Shown here piece by piece: positions 29,565 through 39,847 of a DNA stretch of 64,000 bases. Position 1 is the stretch's first letter, and each line of letters begins with the position of its first letter. The notes below the pieces were generated by a model. It searched no databases. It saw only the letters and a list, made by a program, of their open reading frames with translations, and was not told the origin of the DNA. Source of the stretch: Bacteroidota bacterium (GTDB taxonomy: Bacteria > Bacteroidota > Ignavibacteria > UBA10030 > SZUA-254); contig JBIOHP010000003.1 of assembly GCA_044449065.1 (NCBI GenBank), forward strand, positions 2,019 through 66,018. Reading direction: 5' to 3'. A program made the position numbers and the translations under genes.

Positions 29565-30344
29565 TTAACCTTCATTCTCGGAGAACCGATTAAACACAAA
29601 TCCCAGCACCTGGTTTTTATTTACATGACGAAATATTTTGTCAATATCCTGCCGTTTTGTTTTTCCCATTTCCACGACAACAAGGAGTCCGTTGAGATGA
29701 TTAACAAATAAAATTGGAAATTCCCGGGTTATAATTGCCGGCATGTCTACAATCACAAAATCAAATTCCTGCCCAAGCGCCGCGAGAATTTCACCGAACG
29801 CATTGGTGTGTTCTACGCCTATTGGCGTTTGAAGTTTTGCCGTTTTGCCGTTTTTTTTCAGCGGAGATGAAATTCCGGCTGTCAGTAAGTAAAGATTGTC
29901 TAATGACGTGGCGGTAAGATTAATTGCTTCTCCGTGCAGCGCGTCAATTAAGCCCGGTCCCTGAGCCGCTCCGAAAATCTTATGAAGTTTTGGCGACCGG
30001 AAATTCATATCTACCAGAACGGTTCTTTTTCGGTAGCCCATTGTGAGCGAGACGGCAAGATTAGACGCCGTTAAAGTTTTTCCTTCTCCAGAATTTGCGC
30101 TCGTTATGCCGAGGTTTAGTTTTACGTTAGTTTTTGTGTCCGAAAGAAGCGCGTAATTAAAGCTATTATAGTACTCAAATTTCACAATTTCAGGATCGAC
30201 AAATTCTCCCGGTTTCGCGCTAACAACAATTGAGCGTTGAACTTCAACAAGCGAATTATTCTTTGGTATAAGAGCATGACCAGTATTCACTTTTTGAGGA
30301 TTATCAATTGATGATTTCTGGTCCTGCGACTCGATGGTGTCCAT
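29565..30344 (-). CDS. CpsD/CapB family tyrosine kinase (BY-kinase)
   Basis: Walker A GEGKT, A' VLVDMNFRSP, B VIVDMP, GFVFN. Confidence 0.88.
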   Translation of the reverse strand: MDTIESQDQKSSIDNPQKVNTGHALIPKNNSLVEVQRSIVVSAKPGEFVDPEIVKFEYYNSFNYALLSDTKTNVKLNLGITSANSGEGKTLTASNLAVSLTMGYRKRTVLVDMNFRSPKLHKIFGAAQGPGLIDALHGEAINLTATSLDNLYLLTAGISSPLKKNGKTAKLQTPIGVEHTNAFGEILAALGQEFDFVIVDMPAIITREFPILFVNHLNGLLVVVEMGKTKRQDIDKIFRHVNKNQVLGFVFNRFSENEG

Positions 30345-30386
30345 TATGCTTTCAAATTCTAAAGTTTATCGTTATTTATTAATTGA

Positions 30387-31724
30387 CTATTTCGGGCTTT
30401 CAGGTAAGAATGCTACGACGCGTTTCTTATACACATAGATATCGTGCGGATTTCGAATAGTCGGATCGAGAAGTTCCGCAAGCCCTGTTGAAAAAACTCC
30501 CACTAGAAGACCAAGTCCCAACCCCCCTAAAATGATCATTAACCGATTTGGTTTTGAAGGTTTGGTCGGCACCACGGGTGGATCGATGATGATAAATTGT
30601 TCGCTCCCCTTTCTTCCCAGGTCGCGGGTAGTTCGCGCTTGTTCTAATTTAATCTTCATATCATCGTAGAGATTGCGGGCAATATCGAAATTCGATTTTT
30701 TATCCTTGTCGAGTTCCTGATAGGCGGCTGATTGCTTCAGGTTGTCGACAATTTGAAATCTGTTTACTTCCAATTCGGTACGATGCTTTAGCTGTTTTGT
30801 TAATTCTTCCTGTATTGCGCCTTCCATCACGAGGAGAATTTCCGATATCTGGCTTGAAAGTTTTCTTGCTTCGGGATATTTAGACGTATAGCGGCGGGAA
30901 AATTCATCATATTTTAAAATCATTGGGCGTAAATCACCGACATGCGGCAGGTCGGTCCGTTGGAGCTCAAACAAAATTTGGGTATTTTTACTCGCGGGTT
31001 GATCTTCCGAAAATTGTTCAATCAGCGACTGCCCATGTTTTAATTCTTTTGATTGTTCATCAATTGCTGCTTCCTGCTTATTGATGGTTTCCAGATCACC
31101 CCACAGCGTTTGGTTTTCAACCGGCATTTGACTGACCCGGTCGCGCATCAAAGTGACTATATTCTGTTGTTCTTCCTGAAATTTCTGCTGAAGTTCAGCT
31201 AATTTATTTTCAAAAAATTGTACGGCGGATTCATTGCGCTGATTCTCTACCCTGAGCACAGTCCTGATGAAATGCCGCGCAAGAATGGAGACGCCCTGCT
31301 TGGCTCGTTCCGGATCGGTATCGATATAGGTGATTTTGAAAGTTGTTTCACCGGGGCGTTCAGTCTCGACATTTTTCTGAATTTTTTTTATTAATTCCTG
31401 CCGATCCTCTTCATTTTTTATGTTATCGTCGAGTTTCAAACTATCCACAAGTGTTTGGATGGAGGATAGACTGAAGACAATTTCATTAAATGTGCGTAAA
31501 CGATCCTCGGTCGCCATTGTCACTGCCATGGTGTAATTAACCAGCGGATTGAGAACTTCATCGCGCTGCGCCATAATGGTTGTTGACGATTCGTACTTTC
31601 TAGGTAACAAGAACGCGCCGCAAATGCTGACGAGGACGACAACCAACGTTGGAAAAATGAAATATTTCCGTCTTCGCCGAAAGACGTTTTTTATTTCCTG
31701 AGCTGTTACTTGAGCTGACCGCAT
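30387..31724 (-). CDS. Polysaccharide co-polymerase / chain-length determinant (GumC-like)
   Basis: N-terminal TM plus P..YES, coiled coil, YTSKYP, IIDPP..P..PSKPN plus TM. Confidence 0.9.
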   Translation of the reverse strand: MRSAQVTAQEIKNVFRRRRKYFIFPTLVVVLVSICGAFLLPRKYESSTTIMAQRDEVLNPLVNYTMAVTMATEDRLRTFNEIVFSLSSIQTLVDSLKLDDNIKNEEDRQELIKKIQKNVETERPGETTFKITYIDTDPERAKQGVSILARHFIRTVLRVENQRNESAVQFFENKLAELQQKFQEEQQNIVTLMRDRVSQMPVENQTLWGDLETINKQEAAIDEQSKELKHGQSLIEQFSEDQPASKNTQILFELQRTDLPHVGDLRPMILKYDEFSRRYTSKYPEARKLSSQISEILLVMEGAIQEELTKQLKHRTELEVNRFQIVDNLKQSAAYQELDKDKKSNFDIARNLYDDMKIKLEQARTTRDLGRKGSEQFIIIDPPVVPTKPSKPNRLMIILGGLGLGLLVGVFSTGLAELLDPTIRNPHDIYVYKKRVVAFLPESPK

Positions 31725-31780
31725 TGTCTATTTTTTTCTTTGATTTAAATGTTCGATGATGGTTTGTGGTTCTTTTGATA

Positions 31781-31796
31781 TGCTAATGATATGCCA
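31781..31796 (-). promoter_or_regulatory. Sigma-54 (-24/-12) promoter of the polysaccharide operon
   Basis: Minus strand TGGCATATCATTAGCA: GG-N10-GC with exact spacing, about 57 nt upstream of the 31724 start. Confidence 0.7.
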
Positions 31797-32374
31797 ACTC
31801 TTAAAAGTGCTAATAATCCTCGTTTTAAAGCCAAAAATGTCAATTATTCATATCCCACCATATGATAATTATTACAAAAATGTGTATTATTTACCCACCT
31901 AATCTAATTGTGGGTAAGAATGAATCAAGGCATTTGGGTATTAAAAAAGGATGAATCATTGAACACCTTCTCAGATTCTTATTTCTACTTGCTTTATGAT
32001 GATGTTGTTCCCCAAAATCTTGTTGGCATAACTTTTGTCTAAATACCATGTGCAACACACTCAAGTTCGTTTTGAAAAAAACCCTTAAATCCTTCAAAGA
32101 GCATTTAAACTAAAAATACTCTCGTTCCAGCGATTATTAGGAAAATGGTCAGGGATTTGAGAAGGAGTAAATTTTGGGGATTCACCAGAATATCCATGAC
32201 GCCGGATTTTATAGTGTAAAAAATTCCCATTAATGCTAAAAACAGGAGCAATTGAAGGTTGATATTTAATAATCCAAATGAGTATAGAACTCATTGTGTC
32301 TTTTGAAGGGCAATGATGTGAATATTTCATCAATTGATTTTTTATACGTTAGTTCAAGGAAAAATAACAAAAAG

Positions 32375-33088
32375 ATGAAGCATAAGCTGAACATATATAA
32401 TATCCTCCCAATACTTTTTCTCAGCAGCTTGTTTTGGAGTGGATGCTCGCCGAGCACTGAAACGGTTCAATCTTCATCCTCGCGATCTACCACAGGATCG
32501 ATTAAGGCCGACACTATAAGAACGAACTATATTATAAAGGTTGGAGATCAGATAGAATTATCGGTATGGGGTTACCCCGAATTTCAAACATCTACGACTG
32601 TAAAGGAATCCGGCATTATTACGCTGCCATTAGCCGGAGATATTAGGGTTGCCGGACTTTCAAAACAATCCTTAATTGATGTCGTACGGAAAAAATTAGC
32701 CGATTTTATTCAGGGAGAACCTGAAATTACCGCCAACATCACATCGCCATCTTCCGTTCGTAAAATAAGCGTTCTCGGCGCTGTTAACCGCCAGGATAAT
32801 TATCCGGTTTCAGGGGATGTAACATTGCTTGAGATACTCTCCACAGCCGGTGGAAGCACTGCTGAATCGGATTTTTCTCACATAAAAATAATTCACAAAG
32901 GAATTTCAAAATCATCTTCCGAAGTTGATCTTAGTGAAACGATGGAAAACGGTAATTTTGACGATTTGCCGAAAGTGCATCCGGGGGATGTTGTGTTCGT
33001 GCCCAAAAAGGAAAATGTTATACGATCGTTCTCCGATTTTATCAGAGACGCGGTATTGTTGTTCGGTATGTTCAGAATTTTTTATTGA
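32375..33088 (+). CDS. wza: Wza-type polysaccharide export lipoprotein
   Basis: Lipobox FWSGC, Y.I..GD.I..SVWG, G.I.LPLAG, SLBB domain, PGD.VFVP. Start set at ATG 32375. Confidence 0.88.
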   Translation: MKHKLNIYNILPILFLSSLFWSGCSPSTETVQSSSSRSTTGSIKADTIRTNYIIKVGDQIELSVWGYPEFQTSTTVKESGIITLPLAGDIRVAGLSKQSLIDVVRKKLADFIQGEPEITANITSPSSVRKISVLGAVNRQDNYPVSGDVTLLEILSTAGGSTAESDFSHIKIIHKGISKSSSEVDLSETMENGNFDDLPKVHPGDVVFVPKKENVIRSFSDFIRDAVLLFGMFRIFY

Positions 33089-33095
33089 TCGAAGC

Positions 33096-34016
33096 ATGAT
33101 AAACCGGAGTCACAAAATATCCTTTTTACTACTAATCGTCATACTAATCTTCATGGCAGATTCTCCCCGGGTTTACGCTCAATTGCAGACGATCGATGGT
33201 GCTCGGCCGCTGCTCATGGGGGCTCGCGCGGTTGCATTAGGCGACGCGTACACTGCGGATAACTCAGATGTTTCAGCGCTTTACTGGAATCCCGGAGCTC
33301 TTTATTCCCTGGAAAACGCTTCAGTAGTCGTAGATGAATATTATGAAGTCGAAACAGCCATCAATAATGATATGGCTGCGGTGGCAATTCCTCGTGTGAA
33401 TGAAGGAACTGTCGCGCTTGGTGTATCGGTGAGTCATGTAGGTTATATAAAAACGAATCATCCGAATAATTATCATGCCGCCGCCTATGGTTTCGATATC
33501 GGATACGCAACTTCCTTTAGTCCGGGCTTTAGCGCCGGTCTTCGATTCCACGGTCAATTCGGCCATACACAGGGGACAAATTTATTAACGAACAATTGGT
33601 CATTAGGCCTTTTATACAGGCCATCTTCTGAAATTGCGTATGGTCTAACCTATGGAGGGGTCGGGGATGGTTTGTTCATCGCCGATTCCGTGACCATGAT
33701 ACGAGAAGTACTGCCCCATCGCCTCGAAATCGGCATTGCCATGCGATACCCCGCCGGAAGAAGTCATCAACTAATCATGATATCTCTTTCGAATGAAAAA
33801 ATTTTCGGTGAAACCGGATTATATTACAAAGCGGGAATGGAAATTTTACCATATGAATTTTTAGCATTACGTTTTGGATATAACGTAGGACCGGTTACAC
33901 AAACACCTCGGCTCGGAGCCGGCTTGAGAACAGATATGTTCCGGCTTGATTATGCGATTGCCCCGAGCACACAGAGTCTCCGTTTTCAACAAATAACATT
34001 ATCATTAAATATCTAA
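33096..34016 (+). CDS. PorV/PorQ-family outer-membrane beta-barrel
   Basis: Signal peptide, GARAVALGDAYTA..SD.SALYWNPGAL, then C-terminal LALRFGY...GAG...FRLDYA. Start set at ATG 33096. Confidence 0.8.
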   Translation: MINRSHKISFLLLIVILIFMADSPRVYAQLQTIDGARPLLMGARAVALGDAYTADNSDVSALYWNPGALYSLENASVVVDEYYEVETAINNDMAAVAIPRVNEGTVALGVSVSHVGYIKTNHPNNYHAAAYGFDIGYATSFSPGFSAGLRFHGQFGHTQGTNLLTNNWSLGLLYRPSSEIAYGLTYGGVGDGLFIADSVTMIREVLPHRLEIGIAMRYPAGRSHQLIMISLSNEKIFGETGLYYKAGMEILPYEFLALRFGYNVGPVTQTPRLGAGLRTDMFRLDYAIAPSTQSLRFQQITLSLNI

Positions 34017-34094
34017 TATGTTAAAAAATAGCTCTACCCGGGTTTTATTAAAATACCCCAGACAGCGAGTTCAAGAAAGTCGAGGGAATAAATT

Positions 34095-36107
34095 ATGTTG
34101 ATCCGTCTCCTAGTCGATGTAAGCTTACCCCTGATATTTTCCTTACTCTTGACTCCGTTGGTCATGCGTCTCGCACGCGCCATAGGTGCAATAGACCTGC
34201 CCAACGAAAGGAAAATTCATCGTCATCCGATTCCTCGGCTCGGCGGTGTAGCTGTCTGGGGGAGTGTTTTTCTTACATACGTAGTAGTAGTTATTTTTGA
34301 TCCAGCCCAGTTGGCTGCATCAAACCTGTTCTCCGTGGATGGCGCGTTATTAGCGGCGGCTATACTCATCGTTCTGGTGGTGGGGGTCTCTGATGATATT
34401 CACCCATTGCATCCCGGACCAAAATTTATAGCCCAGCTCATCGCTGCAACGCTCTGTTATGTCGCAGGATTCCGTATCTCTAATATTACGAATCCTTTCG
34501 GCGCAGATTTAATTCATCTGGGAATATTCGATTATCCCATTACCATTTTGTGGATTGTTGGAATTACAAACTCATTCAACCTGATCGATGGCCTCGATGG
34601 GCTTGCTTGCGGGGTGGGTGCAATTGCGTTGGTGACTATTTTCTCCATTTTATTGCTGAAAGATGACATATCAACGGCATTCGTTGCAATCATTGTTCTT
34701 GGAGCAATTTTGGGTTTTCTCCGGTATAATTTCAATCCCGCGCGAATATTTCTGGGAGATTCCGGAAGTCTCTTTATCGGGATGACACTTGCGCTGCTCT
34801 CGATAAAAAGTTCAGCAAAAGGATCGACTGTGGTAGCCATAGTAGTACCTCTTCTCGCACTCGGTCTGCCTATTATGGATACGCTGCTTTCTATGGTGAG
34901 AAGGTTGTTAAATTCTTTCCTTCCCGATCGCGATCCGGAGAAATTATTGCATAAGATCCATGCCATGTTTCTGCCAGACCGGAAACATATTCATCACCAA
35001 TTAGTGTCACTCGGTCTTTCCCATCGAAGAGCCGTTTTAATCCTCTATCTTGTTTCCTGCGCTTTCGGACTCGGCGCTTTTGCTATTACCATGACGAACA
35101 ATATTGGCGCGTCGTTGATACTTCTCGCCATTACATTCGCCACAATTGCCTGCGTTCGGCAGTTACATTATAAAGAAATGGCAATTTTGCGAAACGGAGT
35201 CTTATTGCCGATTTATGAATGGCCCGTAATTAATAGATCGATGTTTCAGGGCTTCCTCGATTTAGCGTTCACAGTCTTCGCCTTTTTATTGGCATATAAT
35301 TTTACACTTTTTGGACATATTCATCAGGGTGCGAAGGGACAATTAACATCCATCCTTCCCCTGATCTGTGGAATTCAAATTTCTGTTTTTTATTTCTCCG
35401 GATTATACCGGGGGACGATCCATACCCCCGGGATCGATGATCTTCTGCGTATCGTGCGCACTATCGGTTTATCAGTATTTATCACTGCAGCCGTAGTTAT
35501 GCTCTATCCCAAAAGCGACCCGGTGTATAATTCTATCTTTTTTCTTCTCGATTTCTATTTATTGCTCACCTTGGTTGCCGGATCGCGTCTTTCATTTCCC
35601 ATCCTCAATTATTTCTTCAAACGAGAAACGAAGGTTGGGAAAAATGTTTTAATCTATGGCGCCGATAATTATGGGGTTCTCACCCTACAGCACATACTTC
35701 ACGACGATAATCTGAACCTGAAACCCATCGGCTTCTTAGATGAACATCCGCATCTTGAAGGAAAACGGATAAATGGTTATACGGTATTTGGCGGACACTG
35801 GAAACTCCCCAAGTTAATGAAACGGCATCAGATTGACGAGATAATCCTCACGACGAACGATCTTCGGGAGGAAGTATTAATCCGGGTCAAAAATTTTGGC
35901 AGGGCGAACGGTATCGTTATCAGAATTCCAAAAATGCAATTGGAAGAGATGCCGTTGTCCCAAAACGGGCAGGAAACACATCCGCACCAACCGGAATCGC
36001 ACAACGGAGATTTTGAAAGATCCCTCACCGAGGCGTCTCAAATGGCGGAATTGTTATTCCAATCTCAAGCGATGAAGACGAAGAAAAATGGAGATAACAA
36101 GGGATGA
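34095..36107 (+). CDS. WecA/MraY-family initiating phosphotransferase fused to a TM plus CoA-binding (CapD/WcaJ-like) region
   Basis: D.P..RKIH..P.PRLGG, DD, NSFNLIDGLDGLA, YNFNPARIFLGDSGS, DRKHIHH; C-terminal GLYRG, VLIYGA, GFLDE. Confidence 0.85.
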   Translation: MLIRLLVDVSLPLIFSLLLTPLVMRLARAIGAIDLPNERKIHRHPIPRLGGVAVWGSVFLTYVVVVIFDPAQLAASNLFSVDGALLAAAILIVLVVGVSDDIHPLHPGPKFIAQLIAATLCYVAGFRISNITNPFGADLIHLGIFDYPITILWIVGITNSFNLIDGLDGLACGVGAIALVTIFSILLLKDDISTAFVAIIVLGAILGFLRYNFNPARIFLGDSGSLFIGMTLALLSIKSSAKGSTVVAIVVPLLALGLPIMDTLLSMVRRLLNSFLPDRDPEKLLHKIHAMFLPDRKHIHHQLVSLGLSHRRAVLILYLVSCAFGLGAFAITMTNNIGASLILLAITFATIACVRQLHYKEMAILRNGVLLPIYEWPVINRSMFQGFLDLAFTVFAFLLAYNFTLFGHIHQGAKGQLTSILPLICGIQISVFYFSGLYRGTIHTPGIDDLLRIVRTIGLSVFITAAVVMLYPKSDPVYNSIFFLLDFYLLLTLVAGSRLSFPILNYFFKRETKVGKNVLIYGADNYGVLTLQHILHDDNLNLKPIGFLDEHPHLEGKRINGYTVFGGHWKLPKLMKRHQIDEIILTTNDLREEVLIRVKNFGRANGIVIRIPKMQLEEMPLSQNGQETHPHQPESHNGDFERSLTEASQMAELLFQSQAMKTKKNGDNKG

Positions 36108-39100
36108 GGTGGATCCGCCTAATCGCCGCGAGCGTGGTAATACTGGAATTATTTATGGTAGATTCTCTTACTGCACAGATGAATCCTCCTCTTCTATTAT
36201 CACCGGTAAATGCTGCGATGGGACAACCCGTCGTTTCAATTGTGAATTGGCATTCGGTTGCAGGAGCGCTAAGTTATCAGATTCAATTATCAACGACGTT
36301 AAATTTTAGCCCGCTTATAATTAATGATTCTTCAATTACCGATACCGCGCAACAGGTAGGGCCCCTGCTTAATGATTTTATTTATTATTGGCGTGTGCGC
36401 GCAATCAATGCTACACAAATCAGCAGCTGGTCTGCAATTTGGTTCTTTAAAACTGTTGTCTCACCGCCTGCGCAGCCTCAATTGATTTCACCCGCAAATA
36501 ACTCGAATGCAATTTCTACACACCCATGGCTGAATTGGATGCCGGCTTACGGAAGTGCGCTCTATCATCTTCAAATATCCAAGGATACTTCCTTTGCTAT
36601 ACCGGTATATGATAATGCCGCGCTTGCGGTCGATTCCCAACAGGTTAGTTCGCTTATGAACAATACGGCGTATTATTGGAGAGTAAATGCAACCAATTCC
36701 GGTGGAACCAGCGCCTGGTCGGCGACATGGAAATTTACAACTATTGTGGCAATTCCACCAGTGCCTACTTTGCTGAACCCGCTCAATGGATCAATAAATC
36801 AGCCCGCATCGATAAATCTTCAGTGGAGTGATGGAGATAATACGGCTTACTATCGCCTCCAGGTTGACACGACTTCAGCTTTTAGCGCACCGAGAGATTT
36901 CAACGGAATTCTCAGTCAATCGTTTTCGATCAATAATTTGGATTTGGGGAAAACCTATTACTGGAGAGTAGCCGCAATCAATCCCGGTGGGACAAGTCCC
37001 TGGTCGATTGTTTGGAGTTTCACTACGGAAATTGAAAATTCAAACGCTCCGCCGCCGGTTCCGATATTAATAGATCCTGTAAACGGAAGCGCGGATTTAT
37101 CATTGAATATTATTTTACATTGGGTTGATGGCGATACTAATTCCGTTTATCGATTGCAGGTTGCCATGGATTCCGCTTTTACACTTCCCTTGCTTGATAG
37201 TACCGGAATCATCCTCAGATCAGCTCAGCTCAATAATTTAACCGCCGGTACAAAATACTACTGGAGATTAAACGCGACAAACGGAGGAGGTTCAAGCACA
37301 TGGTCAATGATATGGTACTTCTCAACCAAATTAATTCCTCCAGCCGTGCCGGTATTATTAAATCCCCCATCGGGGGCTCCGAGCGAATCTACAACGGTCT
37401 CGTTGATTTGGAGCGCTTCAACCAATGCGGCTACCTATACTCTCCAAGTCGCTTCGGATGCAGGATTTAATATCCTGATATATAGTGACTCCACGATAAC
37501 GACAACAACGAAGATTATTCAATCCTTAGCATATAATGCAACCTATTATTGGAGGGTTAATGCGAAGAATGCCGCCGGTTACAGTGGGTGGTCAAATTCC
37601 CGGTCATTTACAACCCGTACGGCTTCAGGACTGCAACAAGGTCCTACTCTCGTTTCTCCCGGCGATGGGGCGATAAATCAACCCGTAACCCTCACACTTC
37701 AATGGAACTCCGTCTCAGGATCTACGAATTACGAACTGCAGCTTGCCCTTGTGCCGGATTTTTCCGTTACGACCTATGATAATGCAACTATTGTGGGAAC
37801 CTCGCAGGTAGTGGGTGGACAGCGAAATGACACAATCTATTATTGGCGGGTGAGAGCGTATAACCTCTCCGTACCCACAGATTGGTCGTCGAGCTGGAGT
37901 TTTAAAACCATGCCCGTTCCTCCATCCGTGCCGGTGTTACAATCGCCTGCCAATGGCTCGATTAATCAGCAACCAATGCTGCATCTTTTATGGAGCGGGG
38001 TGTCGACTTCGTCGGTTTACCAGGTCCAGCTCTCCACAAGCTTAACGTTCAATACAAAACTTATCGATTCGTCGATTGTCGGACTGGATACGCTTTCAAT
38101 TGGGCTCTTGACGTTTAACTCAACATATTACTGGCATGTACGCGCGAGTAACGTTGCAGGATCGAGTAATTATTCAGACGTTTGGAGTTTTACCGTAGTC
38201 GGAGGGATAGCGCCGGCTGCGAAAACGTTTGCGCCTCAAAATATTGGATTATATTCCGTGACTTTCCTCGCTTCCGTGAATCCAAATGGCGATAGCACAA
38301 GAGTTGCGTTTCAATGGGGAACGAACACTTCTTATGAAAAAGGTTCAATTGACGCTATTCCTTCGCTTGTGTTGCCGAATGTTCAGGCGCCTGACACCGT
38401 ATATGATAATTTATTAGGTCTCAGCCCAATCACGACATATCATTATCGGGTGGTGGCGACAAACAAATACGGGGCTGTCTATGGCAATGATCAAACATTT
38501 ACCACCACGTATCCGACCTCCCCTTATCGGGTAACTACATCGCAAATATTTCCGGCATATGCCAGCCCCTCTGAGTACAGTTCAACTGATTATCGATTAA
38601 TCGGATTACCGGGCGCGAGCAATGCGTCGGTGAATAATTTTATTCCCGGTTATCAGAATGTCGATTGGCAGATTTATTGGGATAATGGCGCTGCTTCAAA
38701 CGGAATCGTTGCGTACGATGGGAGTCCAAATTTTAAATGCACCGCCGGGAAGGCATTCTGGGTATTATATCGGGACACGTTGTCAATCGATACCACGTTG
38801 ACGCCTGCGCCTTTAGATTTAGCGCAAAATATTAATATTGCCTTACATTCGGGATGGAATCTTATCACGAATCCATATCCATCAACAATTCCATGGTCCT
38901 CGGTTCAAATTGCGAACCACGATACCTCTGAACCCATCTGGTCATTCAACGGGACGTTTGCAAAAGATACGACCTTTCGGCCATTTGCCGGGTATTATTA
39001 TTTCAATACCGATAGTTCCCGTCATCTGCTGAAGATTCCCGATTCATTGTATTTTACACAGCAACAATCGAGACAATTTATACCACCCGTGGATTGGGGA

Positions 39101-39832
39101 GTGAATATAGGAGTTTCCACCGGTCAACAATTTGACCGGACTGCATGGATCGGAGTTTCTTCCCGGATCATTCGGAAGGGCGACAAAATAAATTATCATA
39201 AACCAGCGGGTTTAAGTTCATTGCCGCGGATTGTTTTTTCCAGACCCGACTGGGATGCTGTGTATAGTTCGTATGCTACCGATATCCGTCCGGAATTTAC
39301 TAAACTTGAGAAGTGGGATTTTGATGTTTTTTCAAAAACAAACCGGAGTACGCATCTTGATTTCAGCGGAACGGATAAAATTCCCTCAAAGTTTAATGTT
39401 TTTTTAATTCAACAGAGTCGCAGTAAATATATTGATTTACGAAATGATACCGGTTATAACTTCGTTCCGGATGTTGAAAAGTCTAGGTTTTCAATTATTG
39501 TCGGTTCGGAAAGCGATACCCGCGCTTATCTGAATTCAATCGCTGTTCCGCGGGCGATTGCATTGCTTCAAAATTATCCCAATCCGTTTAATCCGACGAC
39601 GTCTTTTCAGGTTGAAGTTCCCTCTCGCACAAGAATCTCGTTAAAGATATTCAATATTCTCGGTCAGGAAGTCTCCACCGTATATAATGGAGATGTGGAC
39701 GCGGGATGGTATACATTTAAATGGAACGGTCAGGATGAAAACGCGCAAACTCTTCCATCGGGTGTTTATTTTTCTCGGCTCGAGTCTTCCATCAGTCGGC
39801 CGATAATCCGAAAAATGTTGATGATAAAATAA
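36104..39832 (+). CDS. FN3-like repeat protein with T9SS type A C-terminal domain
   Basis: Seven P.L.xP.N...YYWRV.A.N..WS..W.F.T repeats, one further FN3, a GWNL domain, and the CTD QNYPNPFNP...SGVYF...KMLMIK. No catalytic motif seen. Confidence 0.85.
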   Translation: MRWIRLIAASVVILELFMVDSLTAQMNPPLLLSPVNAAMGQPVVSIVNWHSVAGALSYQIQLSTTLNFSPLIINDSSITDTAQQVGPLLNDFIYYWRVRAINATQISSWSAIWFFKTVVSPPAQPQLISPANNSNAISTHPWLNWMPAYGSALYHLQISKDTSFAIPVYDNAALAVDSQQVSSLMNNTAYYWRVNATNSGGTSAWSATWKFTTIVAIPPVPTLLNPLNGSINQPASINLQWSDGDNTAYYRLQVDTTSAFSAPRDFNGILSQSFSINNLDLGKTYYWRVAAINPGGTSPWSIVWSFTTEIENSNAPPPVPILIDPVNGSADLSLNIILHWVDGDTNSVYRLQVAMDSAFTLPLLDSTGIILRSAQLNNLTAGTKYYWRLNATNGGGSSTWSMIWYFSTKLIPPAVPVLLNPPSGAPSESTTVSLIWSASTNAATYTLQVASDAGFNILIYSDSTITTTTKIIQSLAYNATYYWRVNAKNAAGYSGWSNSRSFTTRTASGLQQGPTLVSPGDGAINQPVTLTLQWNSVSGSTNYELQLALVPDFSVTTYDNATIVGTSQVVGGQRNDTIYYWRVRAYNLSVPTDWSSSWSFKTMPVPPSVPVLQSPANGSINQQPMLHLLWSGVSTSSVYQVQLSTSLTFNTKLIDSSIVGLDTLSIGLLTFNSTYYWHVRASNVAGSSNYSDVWSFTVVGGIAPAAKTFAPQNIGLYSVTFLASVNPNGDSTRVAFQWGTNTSYEKGSIDAIPSLVLPNVQAPDTVYDNLLGLSPITTYHYRVVATNKYGAVYGNDQTFTTTYPTSPYRVTTSQIFPAYASPSEYSSTDYRLIGLPGASNASVNNFIPGYQNVDWQIYWDNGAASNGIVAYDGSPNFKCTAGKAFWVLYRDTLSIDTTLTPAPLDLAQNINIALHSGWNLITNPYPSTIPWSSVQIANHDTSEPIWSFNGTFAKDTTFRPFAGYYYFNTDSSRHLLKIPDSLYFTQQQSRQFIPPVDWGVNIGVSTGQQFDRTAWIGVSSRIIRKGDKINYHKPAGLSSLPRIVFSRPDWDAVYSSYATDIRPEFTKLEKWDFDVFSKTNRSTHLDFSGTDKIPSKFNVFLIQQSRSKYIDLRNDTGYNFVPDVEKSRFSIIVGSESDTRAYLNSIAVPRAIALLQNYPNPFNPTTSFQVEVPSRTRISLKIFNILGQEVSTVYNGDVDAGWYTFKWNGQDENAQTLPSGVYFSRLESSISRPIIRKMLMIK

Positions 39833-39847
39833 AACTGGGCATCGCCG

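Noticed and set aside
31891-32457. Short minus-strand ORFs in the divergent region
   Set aside because: AT-rich and motif-less; better explained as promoter/enhancer DNA.
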